Origin: Cetorhinus maximus
Lineage: Eukaryota
Length of the DNA: 64,000 nt
Reading direction: 5' to 3'
Assembly (NCBI RefSeq): GCF_964194155.1
Contig: NC_135888.1
Coordinates: 27,962,001-28,026,000 of the forward strand
Below the pieces are notes generated by a model. That model had not been told where the DNA came from. It saw nothing but the letters and a program-made list of their open reading frames with translations, and did no database searches. Both the position numbers and the translations under genes were made by a program. Shown here piece after piece: positions 25,501 to 38,500 of this stretch. Within the stretch, counting starts at the first letter, position 1, and each line of letters opens with the position of its first letter.

Positions 25501-28500
25501 ATCTAACATGTAATAATCTATTTATTAATAAAAGCTCAAGACACATCTATTACACAAATGCAAGTTAAAAAGGATTTACCTTCCAGTGACAATGCATAAG
25601 AAACCACAAGTATTCAAGTACATATCATTGCCCAATCACAGGGCAACACTATAGTAGATAACGCTAAAATGCAAAACAGACACCACATAAATAAACTGAT
25701 AAGAATACTGCAATTTGGTCTCAATGAGAAATTCTTTAATAACAGGAATTCCAAGTCTTTCTTCGACTAGAATGTTACATTTTACAACAGGACACTGAAG
25801 AAAACAGAGAGTAGACATAAAGATTTTCACTCAGAATATTGATGATTTGAAGGAAACAGACATAATATTAAGAATTTCAAAATCAAGACTGAAAGAACAA
25901 GAGCCAAAGCCATCAACTTCTTACATATCTTTTAATATGCTAGGCAAGGAAGACAGGGATAATACTTTTAATTCAATAAGAACTATCTCTAAACCCCAGA
26001 AAGAAAGAAAAAAGATTCAATAGAAAATAAAAATTGAAGATAAAAACAGTACTTTTCAAAAAATCTCTAGTGGTAGAATAAAGATAACAATGCAGAATGG
26101 CCAAACAGATCTCAACAATTGATTTGCCCCGTTCTAAAAGCAATGAAAAGGTGACTCAGAACAAGAACCCCACACAATCAAATGAACTTCCTGGCAATTC
26201 TAGGCATATGAAAAAAAAAACTTTGAACAAAGAATTTGGGAACTCACAAATTTACCATCTCATCAAATTAAAGTTGGGAAAGCAATGTAAAAATACTCAA
26301 ATCAATGAACTGAATATTAACATTTCACATAAATTTTACATGAAAGGATATCCAGATCCACACAGCCTTCAACCCACGATTATAATATAGCATTACAAAC
26401 TATTAATTTTGGATTGAAAGTAAATGAATTCCACATGAAATAGGGAATTAATCTATTAATCATAGCCAACTATACTAACTATATCATCTGTAATAGTTGT
26501 CAATTGAGGGACGGGCAGACAAAAGGTAATGCAAAACATAATAACGTGGAGACCTAAAGTGTATGCAGCCATCATACATCTATAAACTAAGAGGGTCAGC
26601 ACGAATTACCTATCCATTAACAACATCCATCAATAACTCAGCCTAAGTACACACCTCATGATAGATCTGTATCACTAGCTGCAGACTCCAGGAATGATAA
26701 CCAACATAGTCAACAATTATAGAGGCAACTTAAACACAAGCGATACTGGCCACAAAAATACAATGAGCTCAAACTTTCTATTTTCATATCTTCCACTAAA
26801 CATCAAAACCCCTAAAGATGCAGGAGGCGGCAGAATGAAAACAGTAAAAACTACACAAGAAGTAAATATAACTACAAAATAAACACACACAAATGCCTTT
26901 ACAAGCAAAAGCCTAAAGCAAAAACTTAATCATAGCAATTTACCACCCACCCAGACTGCACAATCTACAGACGCAAGTGCACCAACACAAACTGCAGAAT
27001 ATTTATGCCAGACTTAAACACACATAAGTGGTGCATCTTTGCAAATGTTATACCTAGTGTCTTTAATGTTGCCTGCACAGAAAATCACAGACAAAAATGT
27101 CAGACAAACAGCAATGTTAATGCTATCTTCCTATTTGGCATTTCAGGTGATGTACATTTAATGTAATAGAATTGCAATCACTGTTGCTTCTGCAGAAATT
27201 AGGAAAAGCCCTTGACAATCAATTGCTGCAGGGAGGCCAAAAATTGTTTTCAATTTTAAAGAATCTTCAGCAATACTTTTAAAAAGAACATTGTATTACA
27301 TTTTACAAATATTTCCAGTTGTTACTAAGAATAATATCCTGTTTATTTTCAGAAAATATAATTCAATTTGCATTGAATAGCATCTAAAATGGGAATTTGC
27401 TGCTATACACAAAGACTGTACATAAAAGAATATTTCCAATAAAAGCATTGAAATAAACACCATTTTTCTCCTCATGAATATGTCCATTATCATCAGAAAA
27501 ATGCAGTTTGCTTTCAGTTTCTTCACACTTCAAACCATTTCATCGGCAGTCTGCCACTTATTTACTTCATATTCAGCATTTCCTGCATGGAAACCATGGT
27601 GTAAACAGAAGCAATAAGCTGTTCCAGGATCACAAAGTATGTGTGACTGTACTGATCGCCTACTATGTGTGTGTTTGGCCAAATACAGTAGACAATGGAT
27701 TTCCAAACACACATGCTACATATAAAAAATACCACATTGCCTGGAGTATGCTATAAGGCAATAGCCCAACAAGGGATTAAGCTAATGCCATACTGAAATG
27801 GATCAACTCTTAAATGCCCCTATATATTGAGAGAATTCATGTAGTTAGAATGGTTTGTAGGTGGAGCAGCATTTATACCACAGTGGACAACCTTGTGTTG
27901 GTGGAATCCGTAGTTAGTTAGTGATAGTGATCATTTATCTAAGTGCTTGCTGAATGTAAAAAAAAATGTTAGCATTACACTTCAAACATCATAGGACAAA
28001 CAGCATAGTACAAGTTACGTGATTTAATCTGGAAGCACTAAACACATGACAAATTGAAGTGCATTATTTGAAGCACAGCCTGAATATTAAAAAAAACACA
28101 AATGTTGTTAATCCTAAAATACAACCAGAAAATGCTGAAAATACACAAGTCAGTCAACATCTCTACAGAGATTGGCAGATTGTTTTGGATTTTATCCATT
28201 TTCAAAACTGAAGGCTAAAAGAGAAGAAAACATTTTAGTAAAGTTGGAATACAAATGGAATGTGGAATTAAGAAATACTTCACTCCTGAAAAGGGAGTTA
28301 ATCTGTAAATTGTTTATAGAAATCATTTAGATTGCATAATCAGTGAGATGATGTAAGTATATAAACCTAGCAAAAGGAAACTTAAATAGTTTGTATTTAA
28401 TTTAATTTTAGATGCGCTGCATTTGCAGTTCTCCATCTCTTTCCCCCATTTTCCATTCTTGTTTATTATTTTTTTCTCTGCCGTACCCATATCTTGTCAC

Positions 28501-29493
28501 TTTCTTAAATATTTGCACATGGTTTTGTCCTCTTTAAGTCTTCCTGTCAACTCACTAACAAGATCAGTCAAGTAATGTGCAGTAACATCCAACACGATTC
28601 TACCAAGGTGCAGCTTTCTGTAATTTGTCCAGCAATGCTGTTATCTTTTATCTCACTAACCTTTTCCCCCTTTTGAGTCGTCATTCAACAATCCAAAATA
28701 TGGATAGGTGTAAATTTTTTATCAATACTATTCCCAACCTAGCCACTGTGAACTGCACAAGAGGCTTTGAGTCATTCCTTGCAAGGAAGGATTTCCTCCT
28801 TCTCGCTCATCTGACATCAAACTATTCATAGAAGCCTAGGAGGCCATTCAAGCCCAAGGCACCTGTTTCAATCTTTGAAAATGTTATCCAAATAGTCCTG
28901 TGCCCCACTTTTCCCCCATAGTCCTACAATAACCCCTCCCCTTTTCAAGTATTTATCCAATTCCCTTTTGAAAATTATTACTGAACTTGTTTCCACCACT
29001 CTTTCCGGTCATAAATTACAGATCATAGTAACTTCTGTGTAAAAGAAAATTCCTCAATTCTCCCCTCTGGTTCTTTTACCAATTGTCTTAAATCTGTGTA
29101 CTCTGGTCACTGGTCCTTCAGCCAATGGAAACCCTTTACAGTTTCTAACAACTCTATGAAGTTTCACCTGTAACCACTTTCGCTCCCAAGGAAAACCATC
29201 CAGCTGTTAGTCTCAAATCCATCATCTCGAGTATCATTCTGCTAAATCTCCAATGCATGGGAGAAAATCGCAAGCCTTTATCTAGACAAGCTTGCTGGCT
29301 TGGCAAGACCAAAACATCTGAGTGAGGCCTTGGGAATCTGTGTTCGGGCCTCCCTGGATTAAAATAAAAAGCAAAAACCGTACTACCAAATTAAAGGGAT
29401 TATGACAGACAAGAGAACTATTTTTAAGGTGCATTTCTATTCCGCATGGAAAATAAATAAATACGTATAATAAACCCTAAAGTAAGTCTTGAG

Positions 29494-29848
29494 TGAATTC
29501 CCCCTCGCTCGCTACTCTTTCTAGTACAGTGTAAGAAGACCATGTGGGTGTTTGAAAAATTCTTTGATGTGAAGACAATACTTTCACTCTTGTGCCTTGT
29601 TAGCTCCAAACTGGCCGCCACTGTGTTGTCGTCTTTTCAATCCGAACGAGGTTTGAAGTGTGTTGATATCTTGATAAAGGTTCCTGTTGCTGGGACTTTC
29701 CAGTTTTCATTGAGGGGTGGGGGGGGGGGAAGCAGTTAAAATACAACATTAGAAAAAAACACAGCTTGCTTCGAGTTTCGTATCGTAGGCGGCATTCCCT
29801 GTACGGATTCCCCACGTCACAGCTCCTTAGGAAAGCTACAGTTTATAT
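29494..29848 (+). promoter_or_regulatory. TNFSF15 proximal promoter: NF-kB sites, CRE-like site, TATA-like box
   Basis: Perfect GGGACTTTCC at 29692-29701. kB-like sites at 29494-29503, 29790-29799 and 29804-29813 (minus strand). TGACGTG (minus) at 29813-29819 and TTTATAT at 29842-29848. CpG-rich through exon 1. Confidence 0.6.
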
Positions 29849-29934
29849 GTCGGGGGAGCTAACGACAAGAAATCAAATCGCCACCTCTTCGAGCAAAGCG
29901 AGACCCCCCCGGGTGACACACCGCTACAGCGCTG

Positions 29935-30105
29935 ATGGATGTAAGGGGCGAGGACGCCGTGGCTATGATGGGACAGGCGGGCGAGCTGCAGCTGCAGGGG
30001 GCTCGGTGGAAGCGCACTCGCCTGCTCCTCGCTTGCTGCGTGAGCTGCTGCTTCCTGCTCGCAGCGCTCAGCGTTTACCTGCTTCTCCAGCACGTCGCTC
30101 AGAAG
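29935..30105 (+). CDS. TNFSF15: TNFSF15/TL1A exon 1 (cytoplasmic tail and type II TM helix). Full CDS join(29935..30105,30537..30567,30709..30753,31983..32404), 222 aa
   Basis: MDVRGEDAVAMMGQAGELQLQGARWKRTRLLLACCVSCCFLLAALSVYLLLQHVAQK followed by a gtaag donor (phase 0). The TM resembles human TL1A (R..W.L.CC...FLA.L..YLL). Confidence 0.85.
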
Positions 30106-30167
30106 GTAAGACCAGTAAAATTCACCTTCTACCACGCTGAGGATTTCTAACGAGCTGAACACGGAAG

Positions 30168-30432
30168 TTTGATACTGATTATGAAATGTGTGTACGGTTG
30201 GACATTGATTGTAATTCTAAGTTTAACATCGCCAATTTTAAGTTTGACATTGTACATTTTAAGCTTAATATTGATTCTAAATTTTCTCATGTCTGACATT
30301 AATTGCAAATTTTATCTTAAATTTGACGTTAATTGTAATTCAGTGTTTTACATAGTAAATTTCGAGTTCGATATTGGTTGTAACTTTGCCTTGTGGTTGA
30401 CATTACTTGTAATTTTATCTTAGTTTGGCATT
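30168..30432 (+). repeat. Degenerate minisatellite in TNFSF15 intron 1
   Basis: About 11 imperfect units of ~21-30 nt with consensus near TTTGACATTRATTGTAATTTTAAG. Confidence 0.6.
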
Positions 30433-30536
30433 TAAGTTAAAATAAAATCCAAGACAAGGATTTCCAGCACTGAATGTCTTACTTGTTTAAAGCAATGCGT
30501 GCACTCCATAAATACCACACGTTTGTTTTGTTTCAG

Positions 30537-30567
30537 GGTGAAACACAGACTGGTTCCGAAATGCTTC
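30537..30567 (+). CDS. TNFSF15: TNFSF15 exon 2 (stalk, 31 nt)
   Basis: ttttgtttcag acceptor, GETQTGSEML, gtaagt donor. Phase 0 to 1 keeps the frame into exon 3. Confidence 0.75.
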
Positions 30568-30708
30568 GTAAGTATTCTTAAATGATGTTACATATGCAAC
30601 TTTCAAAAAAAAGCTTTCACAACGAAAATCTGATTCGTTGTGTTCTGATTTGTCGAATTAACAATTGTTCCTTGATGCTGACAACACTTCAATCCTTTTT
30701 TCTCCCAG

Positions 30709-30753
30709 GACAACCTTTCGATACCGCTGACAAACCAAGGGCACATCTGACAG
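30709..30753 (+). CDS. TNFSF15: TNFSF15 exon 3 (start of TNF homology domain)
   Basis: tttctcccag acceptor, (R)QPFDTADKPRAHLT, gtaag donor. DKPRAHLT is identical to human TL1A. Confidence 0.9.
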
Positions 30754-31982
30754 GTAAGAGCTGCTGTTGTTTTCAATTGCATCGGGTTAATCAACGTGGT
30801 TATTATTTTTTTTAAGATTACTTTCCCAAAATATCAACTCTTTAAAAAGATCACCCTGACAATTAGAGCTTAAAAAAAGAGTTTGCTTCGTCCCATCAGT
30901 AGAAAAATTCGTGCGTTGCCTTGGCTTTTAACTCTCATCTGAACGTTATAGGCCGCTCACCATTTCATCATATCCAGATAGGAGTGATTGGTTGATTGAT
31001 ATGAACTCATTCAAAGACAGTTAGAAAAAAAAAATCTATAACAAAGTGCTTATTGTAGAATTGTTTGTAAATTATATGAGCAATATTAAGATATATGAAT
31101 CAATTCTGCCATTTTCAAGTCTGAATATATGATTATATGTATATGCTCCAGTGTAGTCAAAACCACTGAAGTGTACATTCCATTGAAGCTCAGGAGTAGT
31201 CCTGCTTATTAATAAGTTTCTGTTGGACTATGTCACATTGTGATCATCATAAAGCTGTTGGAAAATATGCCTTAGTCCAAAATTATGATCTCATGTTGCT
31301 TGGATTGCTGGATTTTGTAGTACGAGTTTGTATTAGTTTATCAAATGCCTTGTTCACCAACAGCTTCCTTCTAATAAATTCAAAAGCATCATTTTAACAA
31401 TCAGTGCAATTACTCAAAAAATATCCAGCAGGGATAAGTGGCCTCTAGTGTTCCTCAAGAAAAAAAATCTCACATTCCACAAATACCAATTAGAAAGTGC
31501 TAAGTGCACATTCTGTTGCAATATCTGAGTTACATTTCTTCATAAAAGTGACAGTATTGCCAGACGGTGTTTTCTGTGAGTTGATGTCATCACCACATTA
31601 GCATTGAGAGTTACAAAAGACTGACAAAGTTTCATTCATTTTGATGGATTCAAATGCCTAGGTTAACATTTAGACCCTAAAATTGGATAGCTGTCATAAA
31701 TAATAGTCACAAATGCCAACCAGAATTGTGACTGTATCATATCCATCGTAGGTTTTGTGCTGTTTAAGTAGCTAAATATTAATCAATGACCTATAATTAT
31801 ACAAAACAGGCCTAATGCTTTTGTAGTCTAGTTTTGTTTGTCCACCACTGGACAAGTAAAGCTTAGCTCAAATCAAGCTATAATGTATAATTGCTAAGAC
31901 TGAAGAACATTGGTTTCTTCAAAATATTTTTTCATGTAAACAGGAAAGCTTTAAATAACTAGCTTTTTATTTTTAATTTTAG

Positions 31983-32404
31983 CCAAAGAGACTCTCCCTG
32001 ATAAGATTGATGGTCAATACTTCGCTCTCCAATGGGAAGACAAGAATGGACTTGCTTTTACTAAGGGCAGCCTAAATTATCAGAACCGGGCACTTACTAT
32101 TCCTAGAAAAGGAGACTACTTCGTCTACTCACAGGTCTCATTTAGAGGCACTAGAAGCAACAAGTTAAAAAACATTACTCATATCACTCATATCATTACT
32201 AAATTGACTTTAAGTTATCCTGATCCCACACAGCTACTGAGTTCCACCAGATCTATCAATGGAGATCCATGGCATGTGGCTATCTATTTAGGGGCAGTAT
32301 TTCACCTAGAGCAAGGGGACAGGATAGTAGTAAATGTCAGCTCTGTGAATCAAGTGGATTTTACCAATGATCATAAAACTTACTTTGGTGCCTTTTTACT
32401 ATGA
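31983..32404 (+). CDS. TNFSF15: TNFSF15 exon 4 (TNF homology domain)
   Basis: ttttag acceptor, then open frame FALQWEDKNGLAFTK...IPRKGDYFVYSQVSFRG...ITKLTLSYPDPTQLL...IYLGAVFHLEQGD...VNVS...KTYFGAFLL*, closely matching TL1A motifs. Confidence 0.92.
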
Positions 32405-33714
32405 TAGCTCAGTTAAATAGGAAGTGCTGTATTCATTAATTAGGGGAGTTAAACAGATAGTTGGAGGGCTATATATGACACCTTACTTGAAGTTCTATTT
32501 ACCCCATCCAATTAAGATGTCTGGCTCACTAGCACAAATTTTTGAAGCAGAAGTTTTTCGTTGACGGACTTTTAAATAATGTTATATAGGCACAAAGTCA
32601 ACTTGTGAACTGGGGAATACAGTGAAGGGTTGCCCATGTCAGATGGAGGTTTCCAACCTTGCCATTTGAATTGAATAAATTGGCCTCCTGGCACATTGTT
32701 GAAAAGTGACAGACCAAGAAATCCAACACTGGGATGCTGGAGCAGCTGCACCGAAAGTGTGCAGTCTTAAGAATTGATCTGCCCGACAATGGAAATGAGG
32801 ACAATGCGAAACAGCCAACAAGAACACAGCAAAAACACCGAGAAGAGTAAAGGATTAAGCTGACCTATCTGCCTGCCTTCTGTGGTGTTCTAATTGAATC
32901 ACTGTGGCCCTTATATGATGTGAATTTGACACCCCTCTTTTAGATCATTCCACTGTTAACAGCTGGAAATAAACTCCTGCATTTATATTTAGAACATTTT
33001 GTGCCCAGTCTTCAAATGCAGTAACAATGACACTAAAATGCAAAGGAAAGCAGTGAATATTCAGTCAACAGAGCAGATAGAACAGAGTCAGTTCCACGTT
33101 CTGTTATATTGCTGTGTGCTTTTCTTGACACAAGGAAACATTTCCAGACCAGTGCATATTTTCAATTTAAGTTCTCAAATTTATGATGTGAATTATGTTG
33201 CTATGTAATAGTCAATTTTCATATATATTTATGTACTATCAAATGTTGATAACTAATTAGAATAATATACACCACTCAAAGAATGCAGAGCTTAGAGCTG
33301 AGTACATCATATTTAGTGGGAAATGTCCCTGATATTGTTAGTTGTACTTATGTGTATGCGTCAAGAGATAGGTATGCATGTACAGGACCAACTGAATGTT
33401 CAGCAGCCACTTCATTTGCTACAAAGGTTAGCCCATCATCTATTCCTTATTATGATCTGCACCTAAGCTACAGATTGTTTTATATTAAAACCTATTTTAT
33501 TTAGTGACACATTTTACATATTGTATGATCATGTCAAAATACCTATCTGGTACTGTAGAAATTCTTTGGACTAACTACTATTTATCTATTGAATCTTTAT
33601 CAAGATTCTGGATTTTTAACTAGTTTGTAGGATGTATATTCATTCCAATAGCACTAATTTCAAACACATGTTCTCCTCATGGTTCATGGAATTTATCTAA
33701 CAATTAATCACATC

Positions 33715-34050
33715 ATACAAATCAGGAAGATCCCAAATTTGACAAATTAATTCAGCTTTGAAAGCTGCAGTGGACCATGTTTGGGGGGGTGTGGGGTTTG
33801 AAGGGAAAAAATCAACCCAACCTCCTGCTTCTGATGCTATCTAGTGACCCCCAGTTAGAAATGCACATGCTGCGAACATTGGATGAGAACAGGGTAAGGC
33901 TTAAGTTCTGCCACTCCCACAGTTGAATAGCCTGCCAACACTCACAGATGAATAATTGTGAAGTGGGTAAGGAGGGTGCTCCCAATGGAACTGTAGTCTA
34001 ATAAGGAGTCAATGTTTTGCGAGGAAGGGAGAAGCTGTGAGAAAAATTCT
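33715..34050 (+). mobile_element. LF-SINE-like element (decayed)
   Basis: Ordered matches to the LF-SINE consensus as I recall it: caggaag.tccca, gggaaaaaatca, ctgat.gctatc.agtgacccc, gaatagcctgcc.acactcac, tggaactgta, gagtca. Confidence 0.65.
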
Positions 34051-34329
34051 ATAAATTACATTTTTATGTTGCATTTAACATATTGTACACCTGGTTGTTA
34101 ATATCGTGATTTAATATTCATCTAAAAAAGTTAATATTTAATGAAATAAAGGCTGAAATTAAGGTCATTTTTGTGAATATTTCTTTTTCTTTGCTTAAAG
34201 CCCATATTTATTTTGTTTCACCATTTTTAGTGAAAAAGTAAATGTGAATAAAGAGTGATGTAAAATCAGGAGAAATCATTCATTTCTCAGGTACTATCCC
34301 CCTGCTCTGCAAATCTGCCATCATCACCC

Positions 34330-35270
34330 TGTCAACAACTGGTATTTATACAGTGCTTTTAATGTAATAAAACAACCCAAGATGACTACAGAAGTGTTAT
34401 AAAGCACAATTTGTCTTAGAGCCACATAAAGTATTAAAATAGATGTCCAAACACTTGGTCAAAAGCGATAGGTTTTAAGGAATGTCTTGAAGGAAGAAAT
34501 ATGGATAGCAAGTTGGAGAGATTTAGGAAGGGAATTCCAGAGCTCAGAGTCTAGGCAACTGAAGGCACCGTCTGTCACCAATGGTGGAGTGATTAAAATT
34601 ACAAATGCTCAAGAGGCCAGAATGAGAGGAGCACAGATAGGTTATATAGATTAGTGCTAAACAACAACTTGTATCTAGATGAACAGAGTTTCAGGTGCAG
34701 ATGAGCTGCGGCATGGTCAGACTTGGGTGATCTTACAGAGGTGGAAGTGGGTGGGCTTGGGGATGGCATGGATATGTGGTCAATGCTCACCTTGGAGTCA
34801 GATACAACATCAAAGTTACAAATGGCTTGGTTCAGCTTCAGGGAGTGGCCGGGGAGAGCAAAGGAGTTGGTGACTACATAACAGGATTTATGGTGGGGAC
34901 TGAAGAAAATAGTTTCAGTCCATCTAATGTTTATTTGGAGGAAATTCTGTTCATCTGGTACTCAAGTGTTAAACAAGCAATCTGACAAATTAGAGGCAGC
35001 GGAGGGGATGAGAAAGTCGGTGAGATAGAACCGGGTGACATCAGTGTACATGTGGAAAGATGCAACCTCGAAGGGTTGTGGGTCTACAGAAGTTACAAAT
35101 GAGAATTTAAAAATAATCAGGAGTCAATATAGGTCAGCAGGGATGGGGTGATGAGTGAATGGAACTTTGTGTGATTTAGGGCATGGGCAATAGACTTTTA
35201 GATGACCTCAAGTTTACAGCCAGTAGAACATGGGAGGTTGGCCAGATGTGCATTGGAATAGTCAAATATT
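34330..35270 (-). mobile_element. L2-type LINE 3' fragments
   Basis: Reverse complement of an L2-like tail (caacaact.gtatttata.agtgctttt) and RT remnants (tcagtgtacat = MYTD). Confidence 0.65.
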
Positions 35271-35277
35271 GACCTAA

Positions 35278-35560
35278 AAAAAAACACCCTTGACCCCACC
35301 CCATCTGTGCAAATTACCACCCTAACTCCAACCTGCCTATCCTCTCCAAATTACCTAAGTGTGCTGTTGCCTTTCATATATGTGCCCACCTTTCCCAGAA
35401 AAAACATGTTTGAATCCCTCAAGTTAGGTTTCTGCACCAGCCACTGTATTGAAATGGCTCTTATGAAAGTCACAAATGACATCCTATGTGATTGTGACCA
35501 TGGTAAGTTATTCCTCTCCGTCTTTTGTAACCTGTCACATGATCACCCTCCTCCTACATG
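35278..35560 (+). mobile_element. L2-type LINE RT fragment
   Basis: KK.TLDP...ANY.P...HCIEMALMKVTNDILCDCD. Confidence 0.65.
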
Positions 35561-38500
35561 TCTCCAAATCAGAAATAATAAGCAAAGTTATCCAAATCAT
35601 TAGGATTACGTTGATTCTTCTCATTTTGCGATGCTCTGTCACATCAATGCCGTTCTTTATATTCTTGGTGACCATCCTCAATCACCAAATTTCTCACGGT
35701 GGTCACCACTGTATTTTGGTTCATAAAAGTAATTCTTTTGAATTTGGCTAAGGCATTTTGCATGATTATTGCATAATTCCCCGCTGCATTAATTTTTTTG
35801 ATATTTAGATTGGTTAAATAGTTTTAATCAGGAGCATGAGAAGCATTAAAGAATTGTTCTTGATGACTATTCTTGCCACATATCTTTAGCATTTAATTTT
35901 GTTTATTCATAAAACTGCTTTCTCAGAAAGCATATTTCAGAACTGCATGCAATTATTCAGTCACAAATTTTGATTAAAATAGGTATACACAAAACAAAGA
36001 AAGGCATAATTTACCATCTGATTAATAACAAAATCTCCTACCATAAAATAGAGCAGGGTGATATTTCTTTCACTAATTCTTGGGATGTGAGCACTGCAAG
36101 CAATGCTGACACTTATTGTCCATCTCTAATGGAGGTGATGGGGGCCCTTCTTCTTGACCCATTGTAATGGGTCTTTTGTGTCAAAAGTACTCCTACAACG
36201 TAGTTAGGTAACGAGTTCCAGGGTTTTGACCCAACACCAATGAAAGGATGGTGAAATAAGCAAAGACAGAGAAATAAAGGATTTGTTAATGCCAAGTGTG
36301 CAAGAAAATCTCAGCAGTTCTGAGGACTTCTTCGGTAACATTTTTAATGTTATACACCTGTACCCATAAGTAACATTATTCATTGCATTTGCAAAACAGT
36401 ATGGTACACAAATTGTCTTTGCAGGGTGATGATCTGGCCTGAGTGTAAAAGTTTGGGCCAGGTCCATTCCCAAGTCTGTCCAGATCCTGTAGCTGCAACC
36501 TAAATATTTACATCAACCTTACAACATCAAGGTAACTGACTGGAAGCCCATATAGGCATTCCTGTTTGTTTAGTCCTAAGGTAGATTTGTTTAAGGATCA
36601 AACTTGAAGTACTTTATATAGTAATTCACATTTGTGATATAAATTAATGACTGTAATGTTTTAAGAACATTTGGCCATGATTTTACTTTATATAAACAAA
36701 CACAATTTTTCCACATTATTTAGGGGACTGCCAGTCAGAAAAAGAATAAGTAACTGAACTGGCGCCAAAATATTTGGCCACAGAATCATCTATAAAGGAT
36801 GTATGTGGCATGGTCTCAACTCTTAAAGGATTGCTTGAGCACAAGTGAGAGAGAAAGAGAACGGAAGCACCTCAGTTCTCCCAAGGTTTAGCTATATCTA
36901 GTTCTACCTTGTAACTTCAAAGTAACTGATGAGGCAAACCACAGAGGGAAAGAAAATGATGGGAATTTCACAGAGAAAAAAAAGCTTTTCATTTGATTGA
37001 TAATCCTTCCTAGTTCCTGTAAATGTGTCACATAAGCAGAAAGACTGCACAACCACAAAGCACCTAACAAGTGAACACAATTCGCATTCTAAATCTATGG
37101 TTCAAAACTCATGTTATACAATGTACGCAGTAGAAATTTCCATTTGGTTATGGATGTGTTAAATAAATTTAGAAATGTTTGAAGGTATAGTAGTTTGACA
37201 TTGCAAAGGTCATGAATTTATGATCCCCCCTATGACAAGATGTGGAACTGATCACAAACAATCTTGTAATATGTGGCCGTCAGAACAAACAGACTGTTTT
37301 AAGAACCCAACCAATGTCCTTCAGGGAGTGGAGCTATCAGTCCTAATTAGTTTGGCCTACACTTTTTTTTTGCCCCAAACTGAAACGGTTGAATCTTAAT
37401 GCTCTAAGAGCAATAAATCTTGGCTTGGCAGGCTCACCCACATCCCACAAACAAGTTAAAAAAGAATGAACCATATTCTGTGCAGAAGGAGGATTTCTTG
37501 GGAAGAGTTGGCAATGTCACTTTAACAAAAGTGAAAGCAAGTTTTCAAGTCAAAAATACTTAGAGAAACAAAACTTTGTCTAACTTGGAATACAACTTGA
37601 AATATTTGTATGTACTTGATAAATAAGGGGGTGAAAGAATATCCGGGGTAGGTGGGAGGTTACAGTCAGATCAGCCATGATTTTATTGAATGGCGGTGCA
37701 GGCTCGAAGGGCCAAGTGGCCTACTCCTGCTTCTAACTCATATGTCCTTGATGAAGTTGGAATAAAAACAGAAAATGCTGGAAATACTCAGATCAGGAAG
37801 CACCTGTGGAGAGAGAAACAGAGTTAACCTTTCAGGTCAAGGGCCTCTCATCAATGGGACTACTCTGCTTGGATGAATTCAGATGGACCAAATTGCATCT
37901 CTCACCTGTAAGTACGTGGTGAGTCCTATCTAATAAACACTGTTTTAAGAGATGTGGGAGAAGAGCTGGAAGTGGGACTAATTTGGATTGCTCTTTAAAA
38001 GAAACGGTACAGAATCGATGGGCCAAATGATCTCCTTTTGTGCTGTACAGTTCTATGATTCTATGATACTAAAAGTCAGTTTGACTTAATTCATAGCATT
38101 CTTATCGCCGAGTCAGAGACCTATTTTCAAATTTCATTATGCACTTGAATAGATACACCAACAAGAATAAATTATATGTTTATTCATTTGCTGATCTTTT
38201 TGGGATCTCGTTGTACACAAATTGATGTATGTATTTGCCTACATAACAGCTGTGACTATACTTCAAAGTGTAAACCATTGTAAAGCACTTTGAGATATCC
38301 TGAGGATGTGGTAAAGTGCTAAATCAATATGGATTGCTTTCTTTACAGAACAGATTCAACAGAGGAATGGTTTTATTATTTTCAAAGAGTCAATGCAACC
38401 AAGTTCCAATGACAGACAAATTGTTAACAATTTTAAATGAAGCTTTAACTGGATTTAATCGATCATTTGTATTTCAAACTTTGAAAAATTAAACTGGTTA

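Noticed and set aside
27296-27756. Overlapping short ORFs suggesting a minus-strand exon
   Set aside because: No recognisable domain in any frame, internal stops, and no consistent splice pair.
32405-33600. TNF-like AU-rich element in the TL1A 3' UTR
   Set aside because: Only scattered single ATTTA pentamers in AT-rich DNA, with no overlapping cluster.
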